In this document: in pieces, positions 38,562 through 53,208 of the stretch | How positions within the stretch are numbered: position 1 is the stretch's first letter | Layout of the letters: each line of letters begins with the position of its first letter | DNA from: Amphiscolops sp. MND2022 | Taxonomy: Eukaryota | Reading direction: 5' to 3' | Assembly (NCBI GenBank): GCA_964187785.1 | Contig: OZ076413.1 | Span: 46,316,001-46,376,000, forward strand | DNA: 60,000 bases | The notes under the pieces: generated by a model | Told to the model about the DNA's origin: nothing | The model's input: the letters and a program-made list of their open reading frames with translations, nothing else | Database searches by the model: none | Made by a program: the position numbers and the translations under genes

Positions 38562-41500
38562 TCGTCGACAGAAACAAATACTTAACGACAACAGTGAAAA
38601 TCAACGGAACGGAGAAAGAATTTCTTATAAACATCGGATCACTAATATCAATAATAATGCCCACGGATAACAAAATAATGAAAGAAACAGAGATCCAAAA
38701 ATAGAAACACTGATACCAAGATGTAAACGAGAACGAAGTAAAGTTTCGGGGAAATACCGGTAGATATTGAATACGAAAACAACAAACAAAAGATGCAATT
38801 TTTAATTACCAAACGAAATAACATAACACCATTACTCGGAATGGACAGGCTAAAGAAATTTAAACTAACAATGGGAAACATCAGATTGGACGAGAACAGC
38901 CAATTAGAAAAGAGAAGAATCATAGAGCATGTCCCGGACCTATTCAGAAACAATACGACCATAAAAGACGCAGAAATAAACATACAATTGAAACTGGGAC
39001 ATTATCCGGAAAACGAAAAGCAAGACCGATCCCTCTCCATTTACAAGAAGTAGTTGGGACAGAAATTGAAAAACTGACGAAATCCGGACAATTGGAGAAA
39101 GAGAAACATGTAAACGAACATTGTTTCTATATCACCGGTAGTAATAACGGTTAAAGGCGATAAATCGGTAAAAAACAGCTCTAGATTCACGAAAATTGAA
39201 AGAAAGCTGTATTAAAGTCCAAACAAAGCATGCCGACCATGGTAGAACTGCTGAACCAAATTTCGTTAGAGGTTACAAAAGACCGAACGAAAGAAATAAT
39301 GATATCAAAGATAGATCTAGACTACGCTTATGGAAAAAAGATATCAGAGGAGACAAGTAAACAATGCGTCTTCGCAATCACCGGAGGAAATTTCAGCGGT
39401 TACTACCGATACAAAAAGGGATTTTATGGTTTAGCCTACATACCCACAATTTTCCATGAGGAAATTGACCGAACACTGGAATATTGTACACCCGCATGGT
39501 TAGACGATATTATAGTGGTAACACGAGGAGACTGAAAAGGTCACGAAAAAAATATTCGACGTACTGAGAAAAATGGAAAACGCCGGATATAGAGCAAGCG
39601 AAAGAAACACCGAAATCTTTCAAAACAAAATGAAATGGCTCGGCCACGAAATAGATGAAGACGGAATAAAACCGAAGAAAGAAAAGTCAACGCCATATTG
39701 GATTTGAAACACCGGGAAAACCCGAAACAACTGAAATCTGTTTTTGGGGCAAAACAGTATTCGGCACAATTCTTACCAAGACTGTCAGAAAGAACCAACA
39801 AATTACGAAAATTATTAGAGAAAAATACAGAATGGAAATGAGAAACGGAACAACAAAATGATTTTGGAACAAAAAAGAAAATGTTAATCGAAGAACCGGC
39901 CTTACCACATTACGCAAAAGATAAAGATAACATCGTAACAACCGATGCAAGCAAAACTTGTCTCGGAATAACTATATGGCAGAAACAAGCAGATGGAGGA
40001 TTGATACCGATAGCAATCGGTAGCAGAATCCTTAACGACAGTAAAAAAAACACTCAAACGGAGGGCTTGAAGTATTGGCAGTTGTTTGGGGATTAGAAAA
40101 ATTCCGTTTCTATTTATACGGGAAAATGTGTTTTTATACACCGACTATCAAGCATTAAAACCGCTGATCAAACGAAAAAGATGTAAGAAACAAAAAAGCA
40201 CTAGACTAACCAGATGGATAGATCGGTTAGCGCACTTCGATGTTTCAATACAGCATATAACCGGAAGCAATTTGAAATTCGGCGATTTCCTCTGCCGAAA
40301 TCCGGTAGATGGCGCAACAACTGAAAACCTGTATGAAGAACAAAAAGTGATAAATTTTCTAACCGAACAAGTCCAATTGAATTTAAAATACGGAAGAAGC
40401 CAATCACAACAAACACCGAACAGCAAAATTACGTGTGAGCGCAAATCGAACAACCAATCAGAAACGAACAGAACATTCGAGAAGTAACGACACGTGGATA
40501 ACATAAACGAACATGCGGAAACCAGTCCAAACAGTAACGAGATAAAGTTCAATCGCCATGTAAAGTTACCATTACCGAAGTGTCAAAATTTACCATTATC
40601 ATCATCCGGAGAAATGGACCGAGAATACTGTCACTGGGGGGCGACAACATAAATCATGGAAATTATCCGAAGACAAGAGAAAGTCCGGAAACAAGAAGTC
40701 TAGTTGAGAGACGATTGGAAATAGTCAGACTATGAATGATGAGAAGACGCTGCGATCAAAATGCGCAAATGACTATTTGAGTCCCGTCACGGCCGAACAA
40801 GAAAAGCCGAGAAGAGATAGCCGAAATCGACGGAGAGCTCACACAATGCGCAAACAGATTAGGGGAGGCTACCAACAAATCCAAGAAATATAAAAAGACC
40901 CAAACCAATTCCAAAAGGAAGAACAGCTCATGGAAGAGATAGACGAATAAACGAGTCAGAGATGGAAGGAGAAAGCCAAATTATCCGAGGAGATAATTTA
41001 CCAATAATTGATTTGAAGAATTACAATACGGAGGGCAAAGCAGCGCACTACGTACAAATCAATCAAGTAATATCGGAGCAGTCACTGAAGGAAAGAAAAT
41101 AGCCGAAGAAACTATTAAAAGAGCGGAAAAGCATTTCATGCTGGATTTAAAAAATTTAGTCGCCAAGTCAGCAACGGACGCTGAATTAAACCGAGTCAAA
41201 CTGGCAGTAAATAGTGAAGACCGCAGCATGGCACCGGACCTCTACCTTCCACATTTGGAAAACTTATCAATAAAGTGCGGATTAACCTTCTTAAACGACA
41301 GAATAATCGTACCAACCGAACTCCGGAAGAAACTACTGGACACATTACACTTTGGAAATCCGGCGACCACTAACATGACAGGCGAGGCAAAAATCTACTG
41401 GTGGCCGAATATCAATAAAGATATCGAAAACAAAATAAAAACTGCATAGCCTGCTTGTCATCTGGAAAGAATTTAAAAAATCAAATACCGCAAAACGAAA

Positions 41501-42071
41501 GCGGAAAATTAAAAACATTAAAAGAACTGGGACAAGAAATCCAAATTTATTTTACCGGAAAGTTACACAATAAAAAATTGAACGGAGAAAGTCATTTATT
41601 AGTTGCGGTACACAGATTTATCAAATGGCCGACTGTAAAAAGTTGCAAAACCTCTGAAACAAAAGAAGCGATTAATTTCTTAACACAAAACTTCATTTTA
41701 TACGGAATACCGGAGCAAACTAAATCGGACAAACGCGAAGCATTCATTTCAAAATATTACATTGAATTTTGCAAGTCGAAAAACATTGAAATGAAATACT
41801 GAACACCGAGAACACATACCGGTACGGGAGAAGTTGAGCGTACAATACAAACTATAGAGAACATAATATTGGCTAATTTAGAAGATAATTAATGCTTGAC
41901 CGAATGCGTTAATGGAGCGTTAAAGGTAATGCGATTTACAATAGACACCGGATTGAAACTAACACCATTTGAATTACACCACGGTAGGATATCGCGAACC
42001 AAATTAACCAAGCTGGTTAAAGACGGTAATACCTTCCCCTCTGATTGAACTGAATTATCGGTTTCAGCTGA
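38562..42071 (+). pseudogene. pol: Pol remnant, duplicated unit copy 1 (PR-RT-RH-IN)
   Basis: KIDLDYAY, WLDDII, TTDASK, LHFGN...WWP and GEVERTI motifs; many stops and frameshifts. Confidence 0.9.
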
Positions 42072-42074
42072 ACG

Positions 42075-45000
42075 TCGTCGACAGAAACAAATACTTAACG
42101 ACAACAGTGAAAATCAACGGAACGGAGAAAGAATTTCTTATAAACACCGGATCACTAATATCAATAATAATGCCCACAGATAACAAAATAATGAAAGAAA
42201 CAGAGATCCAAAAATAGAAACACTGATACCAAGATGTAAACAAGAACGAAGTAAAGTTTCGGGGAAATACCGGTAGATATTGAATACGAAAACAACAAAC
42301 AAAAGATGCAATTTTTAATTACCAAACGAAATAACATAACACCATTACTCGGAATGGACAGGCTAAAGAAATTTAAACTAACAATGGGAAACATCAGATT
42401 GGACGAGAACAGCCAATTAGAAAAGAGAAGAATCATAGAGCATGTCCCGGACCTATTCAGAAACAATACGACCATAAAAGACGCAGAAATAAACATACAA
42501 TTGAAACTGGGACATTATCCGGAAAACGAAAAGCAAGACCGATCCCTCTCCATTTACAAGAAGTAGTTGGGACAGAAATTGAAAAACTGACGAAATCCGG
42601 ACAATTGGAGAAAGAGAAACATGTAAACGAACATTGTTTCTATATCACCGGTAGTAATAACGGTTAAAGGCGATAAATCGGTAAAAAACAGCTCTAGTTT
42701 CACGAAAATTGAAAGAAAGCTGTATTAAAGTCCAAACAAAGCATACCGACCATGGTAGAACTGCTGAACCAAATTTCGTTAGAGGTTACAAAAGACCGAA
42801 CGAAAGAAATAAAGATATCAAAGATAGATCTAGACTACGCTTATGGAAAAAAGATATCAGAGGAGACAAGTAAACAATGCGTCTTCGCAATCACCGGAGG
42901 AAATTTCAGCGGTTACTACCGATACAAAAAGGGATTTTATGGTTTAGCCTACATACCCACAATTTTCCATGAGGAAATTGACCGAACACTGGAATATTGT
43001 ACACCCGAATGGTTAGACGATATTATAGTGGTAACACGAGGAGACTGAAAAGGTCACGAAAAAAATATTCGACGTACTGAGAAAAATGGAAAACGCCGGA
43101 TATAGAGCAAGCGAAAGAAACACCGAATTCTTTCAAAACAAAATGAAATGGCTCGGCCACGAAATAGATGAAGACGGAATAAAACCGAAGAAAGAAAAGT
43201 CAACGCCATATTGGATTTGAAACACCGGGAAAACCCGAAACAACTGAAATCTGTTTTTGGGGCAAAACAGTATTCGGCACAATTCTTACCAAGACTGTCA
43301 GAAAGAACCAACAAATTACGAAAATTATTAGAGAAAAATACAGAATGGAAATGAGAAACGGAACAACAAAATGATTTTGGAACAAAAAAGAAATGTTAAC
43401 CGAAGAACCGGCCTTACCACATTACGCAAAAGATAAAGATAACATCGTAACAACCGATGCAAGCAAAACTTGTCTCGGAATAACTATATGGCAGAAACAA
43501 GCAGATGGAGGATTGATACCGATAGCAATCGGTAGCAGAATCCTTAACGACAGTAAAAAAAAACACTCAAACGGAGGGCTTGAAGTATTGGCAGTTGTTT
43601 GGGGATTAGAAAAATTCCGTTTCTATTTATACGGGAAAATGTGTTTTTATACACCGACTATCAAGCATTAAAACCGCTGATCAAACGAAAAAGATGTAAG
43701 AAACAAAAAAGCACTAGACTAACCAGATGGATAGATCGGTTAGCGCACTTCGATGTTTCAATACAGCATATAACCGGAAGCAATTTGAAATTCGGCGATT
43801 TCCTCTGCCGAAATCCGGTAGATGGCGCAACAACTGAAAACCTGTATGAAGAACAAAAAGTGAAAAATTTTCTCACCGAACAAGTCCAATTGAATTTAAA
43901 ATACGGAAGAAGCCAATCACAACAAACACCGAACAGCAAAATTACGTGTGAGCGCAAATCGAACAACCAATCAGAAACGAACAGAACATTCGAGAAGTAA
44001 CGACACGTGGATAACATAAACGAACATGCGGAAACCAGTCCAAACAGTAACGAGATAAAATTCAATCGCCATGTAAAGTTACCATTACCGAAGTGTCAAA
44101 ATTTACCATTATCATCATCCGGAGAAATGGACCGAGAATACTGTCACTGGGGGGCGACAACATAAATCATGGAAATTATCCGAAGACAAGAGAAAGTCCG
44201 GAAACAAGAAGTCTAGTTGAGAGACGATTGGAAATAGTCAGACTATGAATGATGAGAAGACGCTGCGATCAAAATGCGCAAATGACTATTTGAGTCCCGT
44301 CACGGCCGAACAAGAAAAGCCGAGAAGAGATAGCCGAAATCGACGGAGAGCTCACACAATGCGCAAACAGATTGGGGGAGGCTACCAACAAATCCAAGAA
44401 ATATAAAAAGACCCAAACCAATTCCAAAAGGAAGAACAGCTCATGGAAGAGATAGACGAATAAACGAGTCAGAGATGGAAGGAGAAAGCCAAATTATCCG
44501 AGGAGATAATTTACCAATAATTGATTTGAAGAATTACAATACGGAGGGCAAAGCAGCGCACTACGTACAAATCAATCAAGTAATATCGGAGCAGTCACTG
44601 AAGGAAAGAAAATAGCCGAAGAAACTATTAAAAGAGCGGAAAAGCATTTCATGCTGGATTTAAAAAATTTAGTCGCCAAGTCAGCAACGGACGCTGAATT
44701 AAACCGAGTCAAACTGGCAGTAAATAGTGAAGACCGCAGCATGGCACCGGACCTCTACCTTCCACATTTGGAAAACTTATCAATAAAGTGCGGATTAACC
44801 TTCTTAAACGACAGAATAATCGTACCAACCGAACTCCGGAAGAAACTACTGGACACATTACACTTTGGAAATGCGGCGACCACTAACATGACAGCCGAGG
44901 CAAAAATCTACTGGTGGCCGAATATCAATAAAGATATCGAAAACAAAATAAAAACTGCATAGCCTGCTTGTCATCTGGAAAGAATTTAAAAAATCAAATA

Positions 45001-47110
45001 CCGCAAAACGAAAGCGGAAAATTAAAAACATTAAAAGAACTGGGACAAGAAATCCAAATTTATTTTACCGGAAAGTTACACAATAAAAAATGGAACGGAG
45101 AAAATCATTTATTAGTTGCGGTACACAGATTTATCAAATGGCCGACTGTAAAAAGTTGCAAAACCTCTGAAACAAAAGAAGTGATTAATTTCTTAACACA
45201 AAACTTCATTTTATACGGAATACCGGAGCAAACTAAATCGGACAAAGGCGAAGCATTCATTTCAAAATATTACATTGAATTTTGCAAGTCGAAAAACATT
45301 GAAATGAAATACTGCACACCGAGAATACATACCGGTACGGGAGAAGTTGAGCGTACAATACAAACTATAAAGAACATAATATTGGCTAATTTAGAAGATA
45401 ATTAATGCTTGACCGAATGCGTTAATGGAGCGTTAAAGGTAATGCGATTTACAATAGACACCGGATTGAAACTAACACCATTTGAATTACACCACGGTAG
45501 GATATCGCGAACCAAATTAACCAAGCTGGTTAAAGACGGTAATACCTTCCCCTCTGATTGAACTGAATTATCGGTTTCAGCTGAGAAAAAAACCAAAAAT
45601 CCCAATCTTTGTATCGAGAAACGAAGAGGGGGATGTAACAAACTACCTGGTAATGGCCAAAACCAATGCAAAAGAAAAAACGGTGGACAAAAAACTCAAA
45701 AAGGAAAATTCGGTTAGTGAATACCCCTTTAAATTTGTAGAGAAAAACTACAATAGAAAGTCATTAGAAGGGAAATTTCAGAAGAAAATACAAACCGCGG
45801 TAATACTGGCAGTAAATAGTGAAGACCGCAGCATGGCACCGGACCTCTACCTTCCACATTTGGAAAACTTATCAATAAAGTGCGGATTAACCTTCTTAAA
45901 CGACAGAATAATCGTACCAACCGAACTCCGGAAGAAACTACTGGACACATTACACTTTGGAAATGCGGCGACCACTAACATGACAGCCGAGGCAAAAATC
46001 TACTGGTGGCCGAATATCAATAAAGATATCGAAAACAAAATAAAAACTGCATAGCCTGCTTGTCATCTGGAAAGAATTTAAAAAATCAAATACCGCAAAA
46101 CGAAAGCGGAAAATTAAAAACATTAAAAGAACTGGGACAAGAAATCCAAATTTATTTTACCGGAAAGTTACACAATAAAAAATTGAACGGAGAAAATCAT
46201 TTATTAGTTGCGGTACACAGATTTATCAAATGGCCGACTGTAAAAAGTTGCAAAACCTCTGAAACAAAAGAAGTGATTAATTTCTTAACAAAAAACTTCA
46301 TTTTATACGGAATACCGGAGCAAACTAAATCGGACAAAGGCGAAGCATTCATTTCAAAATATTACATTGAATTTTGCAAGTCGAAAAACATTGAAATGAA
46401 ATACTGCACACCGAGAATACATACCGGTACGGGAGAAGTTGAGCGTACAATACAAACTATAAAGAACATAATATTGGCTAATTTAGAAGATAATTAATGC
46501 TTGACCGAATGCGTTAATGGAGCGTTAAAGGTAATGCGATTTACAATAGACACCGGATTGAAACTAACACCATTTGAATTACACCACGGTAGGATATCGC
46601 GAACCAAATTAACCAAGCTGGTTAAAGACGGTAATACCTTCCCCTCTGATTGAACTGAATTATCGGTTTCAGCTGAGAAAAAAACCAAAAATCCCAATCT
46701 TTGTATCGAGAAACGAAGAGGGGGATGTAACAGACTACCTGGTAATGGCCAAAACCAATGCAAAAGAAAAAACGGTGGACAAAAAACTCAAAAAGGAAAA
46801 TTCGGTTAGTGAATACCCCTTTAAATTTGTAGAGAAAAACTACAATAGAAAGTCATTAGAAGGGAAATTTCAGAAGAAAATACAAACCGCGGTAAGCGGA
46901 ACTGAACACACTGTAACCACCAAGAGCGGAAAAGTAATCCACCGAAAACATATTTTGAGACCCAGTGTATTTCAGACCGGAAAGAAGAAAGAACGGGCAC
47001 TGCAAATCGGAGATAAGATTACGCCGAAGAACCGACAATGCTTCCGAGGCGTCGACGGAAAATACGTTCAATGGAATGAAATACTCCGGAACATCCTGAA
47101 TGAGAGCTGA
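42075..47110 (+). pseudogene. pol: Pol remnant copy 2 plus a third copy of the integrase segment (45805-46894)
   Basis: ORFs repeat at +3513 bp and again at +1092 bp with near-identical translations. Confidence 0.9.
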
Positions 47111-47546
47111 AAATAATTCAGAACCGAACACGAAAATCTGAATCGGAGTCAGAGAACGAAGAAGGCAAAATAGATGAAGAAAGTGACTTTGAAATGGAAA
47201 ATCCGGACACATCCGAAAGAAACGGGTATAAGCCAATCAGCACAAACGCCGATGACGAACTAAAACTGCATACCGACGGTGATATGCCTACCGGTAATAT
47301 TGAGAATATAAATTTAGAAACCGAAAACTTATCTGTTAGAAGATCTAACCGAAAATAAATGCAACCGAATAGATATGGGGAGTGCGATATACTAAAAATT
47401 TTTGGGTGTGACAAATGAAAATCCATGCTCTCTTCAGGTCTTAACTGAAGAGTTCAGCATCACAACTGCCGAAGCCCGCTGACTTTTAAAGAGAGATGAG
47501 CATGTTGCCCGGAGGATCCAAAATGTAAAGGAGAAGCCCAGGAGGG

Positions 47547-47795
47547 CGAAGTACAGTGCCCGAATTTATTTGGTTCACAAAGTGCCAATCAAACTGAAAA
47601 ACGATTTTTGATCAACAAACTATAATTGTTCCCATTTTTTGTTAGTACATGTTTATATACACATTTGTATGCTAGCTTAATTTCGATTGGAACCATTTTT
47701 GTAGAGTTTTGCTATTAAATACAGTTTGGCACAAGAGATACTTTAGTATTGCAATTCGTCTTTTTTACCAAGTGGAATATCTTACCAAGTGGAAT
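47547..47795 (+). repeat. 3' LTR of element 2 (eroded ends), preceded by purine-rich aggaggg
   Basis: Similar to 37331-37565 with many substitutions; ends in a small ttaccaagtggaat duplication. Confidence 0.75.
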
Positions 47796-50542
47796 TAGAA
47801 GATTTATAGCATCTGAATTTTCAATCTGGTTTTCAAGTTTCGAATACTAGAGGTGTCGAATATGGGGGCGAATGCAACCACGATGTTATCAGTTTTACCA
47901 CCATTTCAATGCAAAGTCCTTTTAGTCACGTTATAAACTGCATATTAACGTCATGATTTGCGTTCTATTTGAGAAACGATGATCATCACATGAAATCATA
48001 ACTTCATGAAAATAAAGTGTGAATGCAATGTGATAGTCTCGGCAATGAAGTGGCATATTATTTAGACTTCAATTTCAATAGTGGAAAGTGCAGAGTAGTT
48101 CCTCAAAATTTACCACCGGAAGCTCACTGAATTTTCTAGGTTTAATGAAAAGTAATCCGCTTGTACCATATCAAAAGTTCCCGCAGTCTCAACAAGCGAT
48201 TACACTGCAGCGTCCAATTCTTCATTTAGGTCAGAAAAAAACCTCTATTCACCGTTTCAATACCTTTCTCTTCCACAGACTCTTTGAATATTGAAACCAG
48301 CAAAATTACGTCGCTGCAAAATGTCGCTGGCTTCTTTAAGTCGACTTGCATTTAATTTTTAAGTCAGCTTGCAGAAATTTTAATGCATGGAAGCGTATAC
48401 TTATATCGCAGGCGAAAAAATTCAAAGCCCTTCTAGGACATTCAGTTGACAGAACAATTACAGGATCAAAACTTTCTCCGATTTTGTTTAGACTTACAAC
48501 GATACTTTTTTGCAATCGAAAGGTAATTCAACATGTTGAATCGCGTTGTTTTTCCAAATCAACTTGGAATCGGAACCAATTCAATCAATTTTGGAAACGA
48601 ATTCTGTCGAAACTTAGTTTTTGTACTAATTTCGCTTTTGTGCTATTTTCGCGATGTAAATTCTTTACGATTGTGTTTTCAGAAAATTTTGTTTAGGAAA
48701 ACTTAGACATCAGAATCCGAGGTACAAAAGTTGTCACTGGAGTTTTTTGATGAAGAGCAATTCGCGTGATATTGCATGATCGGAAGATTTCAAAAGTCTA
48801 ATATGAGGTAGGTATTATTTATGTCTTCTGTATTTTTTTCATTTCAAAACAAAAATACCCCTGTAATTTTGATCAAAATTGGAGAAACTTTTGCACCAGG
48901 GACCTTTGTGTCAAAACTGATTTTGAAAAAAAAATATACGTGACTTTTTTCAATCCACACGAACTCACCAAAATAGTTCTACAAATTTTACAAAATTTCA
49001 AGGGGCCAAATGGTGTAAGAGAACTGAACTAACGTTTGTTCCTTTTTCTAACGTAACATACAAAACCGGGCAAGATTATAAGGTTCCCCTTTCAATTTTT
49101 TTCGGGACTGTGAGACTTTTTTCGAAGATTTTCCAGAGGGTGCCCTTCATTTCTTGATATTTTGCAAGAAAACGGATGTTGAAAGATCCCAAAGTGTCCT
49201 CCTTTCAGCGCGCCAGTTCGGTCCCCTTTTGGGTTTTTCGGGTACTGTAGGAAGAGAATATTTGACATTTTGAAGTCTTTGTGCTATTTTTGAGCCTTAG
49301 GTATGGCGCCGAGTTATGCTGTTTACGTCTTGTTACTCCTTCTTATGCTTTGCATCAATTGTCTGGAAAAAGGTAGTTTTAAAATCACTTTCATTGAGAA
49401 GAAAAGAACACAGTTCTCAGAATTGCCCAAGCAACGTTTTCAGATTTTGCAAAATCAATCTGAAAAACAGATCTTACAAAAACAAAAGGAAAACAACAGG
49501 AAGCAACAACAAGCAGTTGTTGCCTGAGTGTCCAATTTGAATGGTCTTCAAAGAAAGGAAAACTGATAGCCTGTTAGTGATCCTGCAAGCAGCACCGCAG
49601 CGAAGCAGACTTATTGACCACCGAGACCGCTTGACGAAGGGTTGACCTATTGGCCTCAAAGCGCACCAGAGGGTAAAAATTTACATAAAGCTTTGCGTTC
49701 TCGATCCTGTTCAATTTTGAATATTTTGTCAACTCGATAGAAGTATACAAGTCGATTGAAGTTGAAATCTACTTCAACGACATTAGAGAAACGGGATCAT
49801 AAAAAGTGGAAAATTTTAGGGGCAGTTTCATCACGGACCGTTGAAGTACTATGGCGACCTTGGAAATGAAAAGTGTCTGAATCAGATGCCTGTTGTTGAC
49901 TTTAATGCAAAGCATAAATAATGAACAGATGAGCGATTTGTCATCGTTGTGACAAATAATTCGAGAAAGATAGATGAAGTAGTACACCTGTTTGTAAAAC
50001 AGTCAACTCTGGTCACCTGCTTTTTGAAGTAACCTCCGGGTATTCAACTGTCATCACCGGAAATATCTTCTTTTCTTTCGTCAGTGATTGAGAATTATTC
50101 AACTTCCGTAGTAGATGCCAATGTAAAACGAATATAATGTTTATTCTTAGATTTCTCGAATTTCAGTCAAGAAACATTTTCCTGTACCATTTTTGATGCA
50201 AGTGATGAACAAGGTTACCAAATGCTTTTGAAATTGGGTTCAGTGTGGTTTTACAATTTTACATTGTATTGGTTAATCATAGTTTAAAGTTTTTTCCACC
50301 AAAATTGAATGGAAAAGTGAGGCTCTGTTTCAACTCAAGCTCTGTTTTGCAAAATTTTGAACTTATAACATGGAACACTCATAAACTTAACCATCAGCTA
50401 ACTAAAAGTTTTCATCATCAAATGACTTTTCATTGCCAAATATCCTCATCAAACGCAAAATTTTAAGTTCTTCCAGCTTCTTCTGTGACCATTCGAGGGC
50501 ATTGAAGGGGATTTTGACAAGGTTGTCAGACTAAGTCAATCA

Positions 50543-51085
50543 ACAAGCCGGGACCGGCCCAAGTCGGCGTCATATCTAAGGCTCAAAAATAGCAAAAGGA
50601 CTTCAAAAAATCAAGGGTTCGCTTCTAGAGTACCCGAATGAGAAAAATAAATTTCCAAATAATTTTTTTCGAAATATTTTTGAACTCGCCTGTAATTCGC
50701 ATAGTGCCAAAAAATGTTTTAAAAAGGGGGACCCTTTGGGATTTTTTGAACATCCATTCTGTTGCAATATATAGAAACCTGAAGGGGGGACCCTTTGGAG
50801 ACATTAAAACAATTTGCGGAAAAAAGTCTCACAAAGCCGAAATAACATGCACAAAAAAATTGGTCGAGGGCGAGACTCGAACCCACCGAGGGACACTTCG
50901 GTGGAAAAAATCGAAAAAAAATCGTACAATGCTGAACAAAAACTGAAAGCGGGCCCTTTAGTCTCGCCCGGTAATGTATGTTACCCAGAAAAAAAGGAAA
51001 AACATTTCTGGTTCAGTTCTCTGGGTCAACAAGTACAATTTAAAAATTTGCAGAACTTATAGTAGAACTATTTTGGTCACTTCTG
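50543..51085 (-). mobile_element. Dispersed repeat (possibly Helitron/Helentron-like) into which element 3 inserted
   Basis: Reverse complement ends ...gacgccgacttgggccggtcccggcttgt; related to 49080-49325 and 2754-3000. Confidence 0.4.
50945..51085 (+). repeat. 141-bp direct repeat flanking element 3 (left copy)
   Basis: Matches 59650-59790 with 2 substitutions. Confidence 0.95.
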
Positions 51086-52841
51086 GTAGAAATTTTTGCT
51101 AGAGGGTTGGAGAGAAATCCCAATGCTCGATTCTAACAGAAAGGTTTAGTTTTTGGTGAGTAAGTTTCGTCCACGTATCGCGTACTCTTTTCACAAGGTC
51201 TCTCCAGTGCTCAAGTTTCGACTCCAAAAACTCTGTGGAAAAGTTACTTGCAATTAATACTCTAATTCAGGAATTATCTGGATAATACAAGTCGAAGATT
51301 TCCACAGTACATAGACTCTCAATCAAACAACAATCGCACAGCAGATGAATGAATTATATATAATAACTCGACAGAACTGTGCCAAAATCACGATTCACTC
51401 AAAGATTTCCAAGTCCCGGACTTGTAACTTATTCGCTGCTCTCACAAAGCAGTTAAGTCAAATTTGATCTCGAGTAGGTTTCTTGCCCGCACGCGGCTCA
51501 ACTTACTCTTAACTTCGTAATCGTTCTTCTGTGTCAATTCGGTCTCCTTTTTCCATCACAATTCAAGTCAACCAAGATATTTCCAATATCGGGCCAATCG
51601 TTTAATGACCTTCAGTTACATGGTTTACATGCTCTCTACGTGTGAGTGTTACTTTTCCGTCCTTTTGGGCGCAATGCATCGCGAATCGTTCCGCCTGGCT
51701 GAATTGCATAAATTATCACACAAAGACGCTGATTCACATGTTTTATAATAAGTTTCTCTATATGTTCCTAGGTTGCATCTGAAATGACCTTGTGGTCCAT
51801 CGGTGACCTTGAAGTTATTTGTCCTCATTTAATGTCGCTACATGCCAAGTTATGTCATCCTAGGGTCAATAATCTTAGAGTTACATGATATGCGTATAGT
51901 TTGTTTACTTAAGGCGGTTACCGCCGCATGGGTTACAAATATGGTTCCCTTCACGTTATTAGTCGACTACATTCATCATTCCGGTTCGTTTGAGGTATTA
52001 CAAGCCAAGGTCAAATGTCTTCTATCGGTCGGGCCGCGCGTCCGGTCCGCGTGCCTTAAACAAACATTACTCCGCGCGTGGTGTATCAATTAAGGTATCT
52101 TTCATGTATATTACTTAGGGTTACTAGGTGAACATCTTGGGTAAGTTTCATGATCTTCGGGTCATCCGTTGGCTATTTACATAACGTTCGGTGTTTATTT
52201 ACTTAGGGTCCGTACTCCTCCTACACGCGTCATAGGGTTCCGAAAATATGCGCAAACGCCTTAATATCATTTGGGCTATCGACTCCATATATAATACGAC
52301 TTATTCCGTGCTTGGCTGACGAGATCGTAGGGGGGTCGACCTAGGTCACTTCCGGTGCTACTAGCCGGGGGCTGGGGGGTCTCAGCTCGGTTCCGTTTTC
52401 ATAACAGAGGAATAACAGCTCAGGTATAAGTGTGCCAAATTTCAAGTCTCTACGATTAATAGTCTTTGAGAAAAACCGTTTGGGGGGGGGGGTTGCAGAA
52501 AATTGATGATTGGTTTTTCCTAGCGTATCTTAGAGTAATTTCGCTCAAAAGTGGGACTTAGTAAAATTCGCTCTCAGAGATCGACTCCGACCTAGCCGAT
52601 TCGAATCATTTCATCGCTGACGTCACTCACTAACTTATTAATTCAACCTAAGAACTTTCGTTTACTAAGTAAATACCTAGGTTGCCAAATAAGCCATATT
52701 GAAGCATGCTATTGTCAGCCTGTTCGGCTGTTTTCACTATTACGACGGTCTAAAAACATGATTAACATAGTCCTGCCTAGCGTATGTACTTCGCGCAAAA
52801 GCAATGGGTTTTCGTAGACGCCTAAAACTAAAACTTCCACA
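51086..52841 (-). repeat. 3' LTR of element 3 (~1756 bp)
   Basis: Direct repeat of 57736-59649, lacking ~157 bp and the terminal T. Confidence 0.95.
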
Positions 52842-52853
52842 CTCTTCCCTTCT
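52842..52853 (-). other. Polypurine tract of element 3
   Basis: Minus strand AGAAGGGAAGAG abutting the LTR start TGTGGAA. Confidence 0.9.
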
Positions 52854-53208
52854 GCACGTTTATTCTCCCGAATAAACTTAACTTCTTTGGCTGAACCGTG
52901 GGATCTAGGTTACACATACACGTTATGATAGGGGGTTGGGCATTGAGCAAGTGATTTCCAAAAAAAAACAAAAACACGGATCGTTGATAATATCTACAGT
53001 GTTCCTTGAATGGTAAAAATCAATATAAAAAATAACATAGGCAATTTAAACATCATAAGAAGAAAAAAAAGCATCGAAGTCAGAATTAAAAAAAAAATAC
53101 TCAAGTTTGTATTTGTAGTAGATTATAATGGAAAGAAGGTGAAAAAAATTGAAAAGCCTGGATAACAAAAATCGTTAAATACCACACCGAATACTATTTA
53201 TTTTTTTT

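Larger units (their letters stand above)
37321..47795 (+). mobile_element. Decayed Ty3/Gypsy (Mag-like) retrotransposon with internal tandem duplications (element 2)
   Basis: Diverged ~250-bp LTRs, PBS, and fragmented gag/PR/RT/RH/IN; no clear TSD. Confidence 0.9.
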
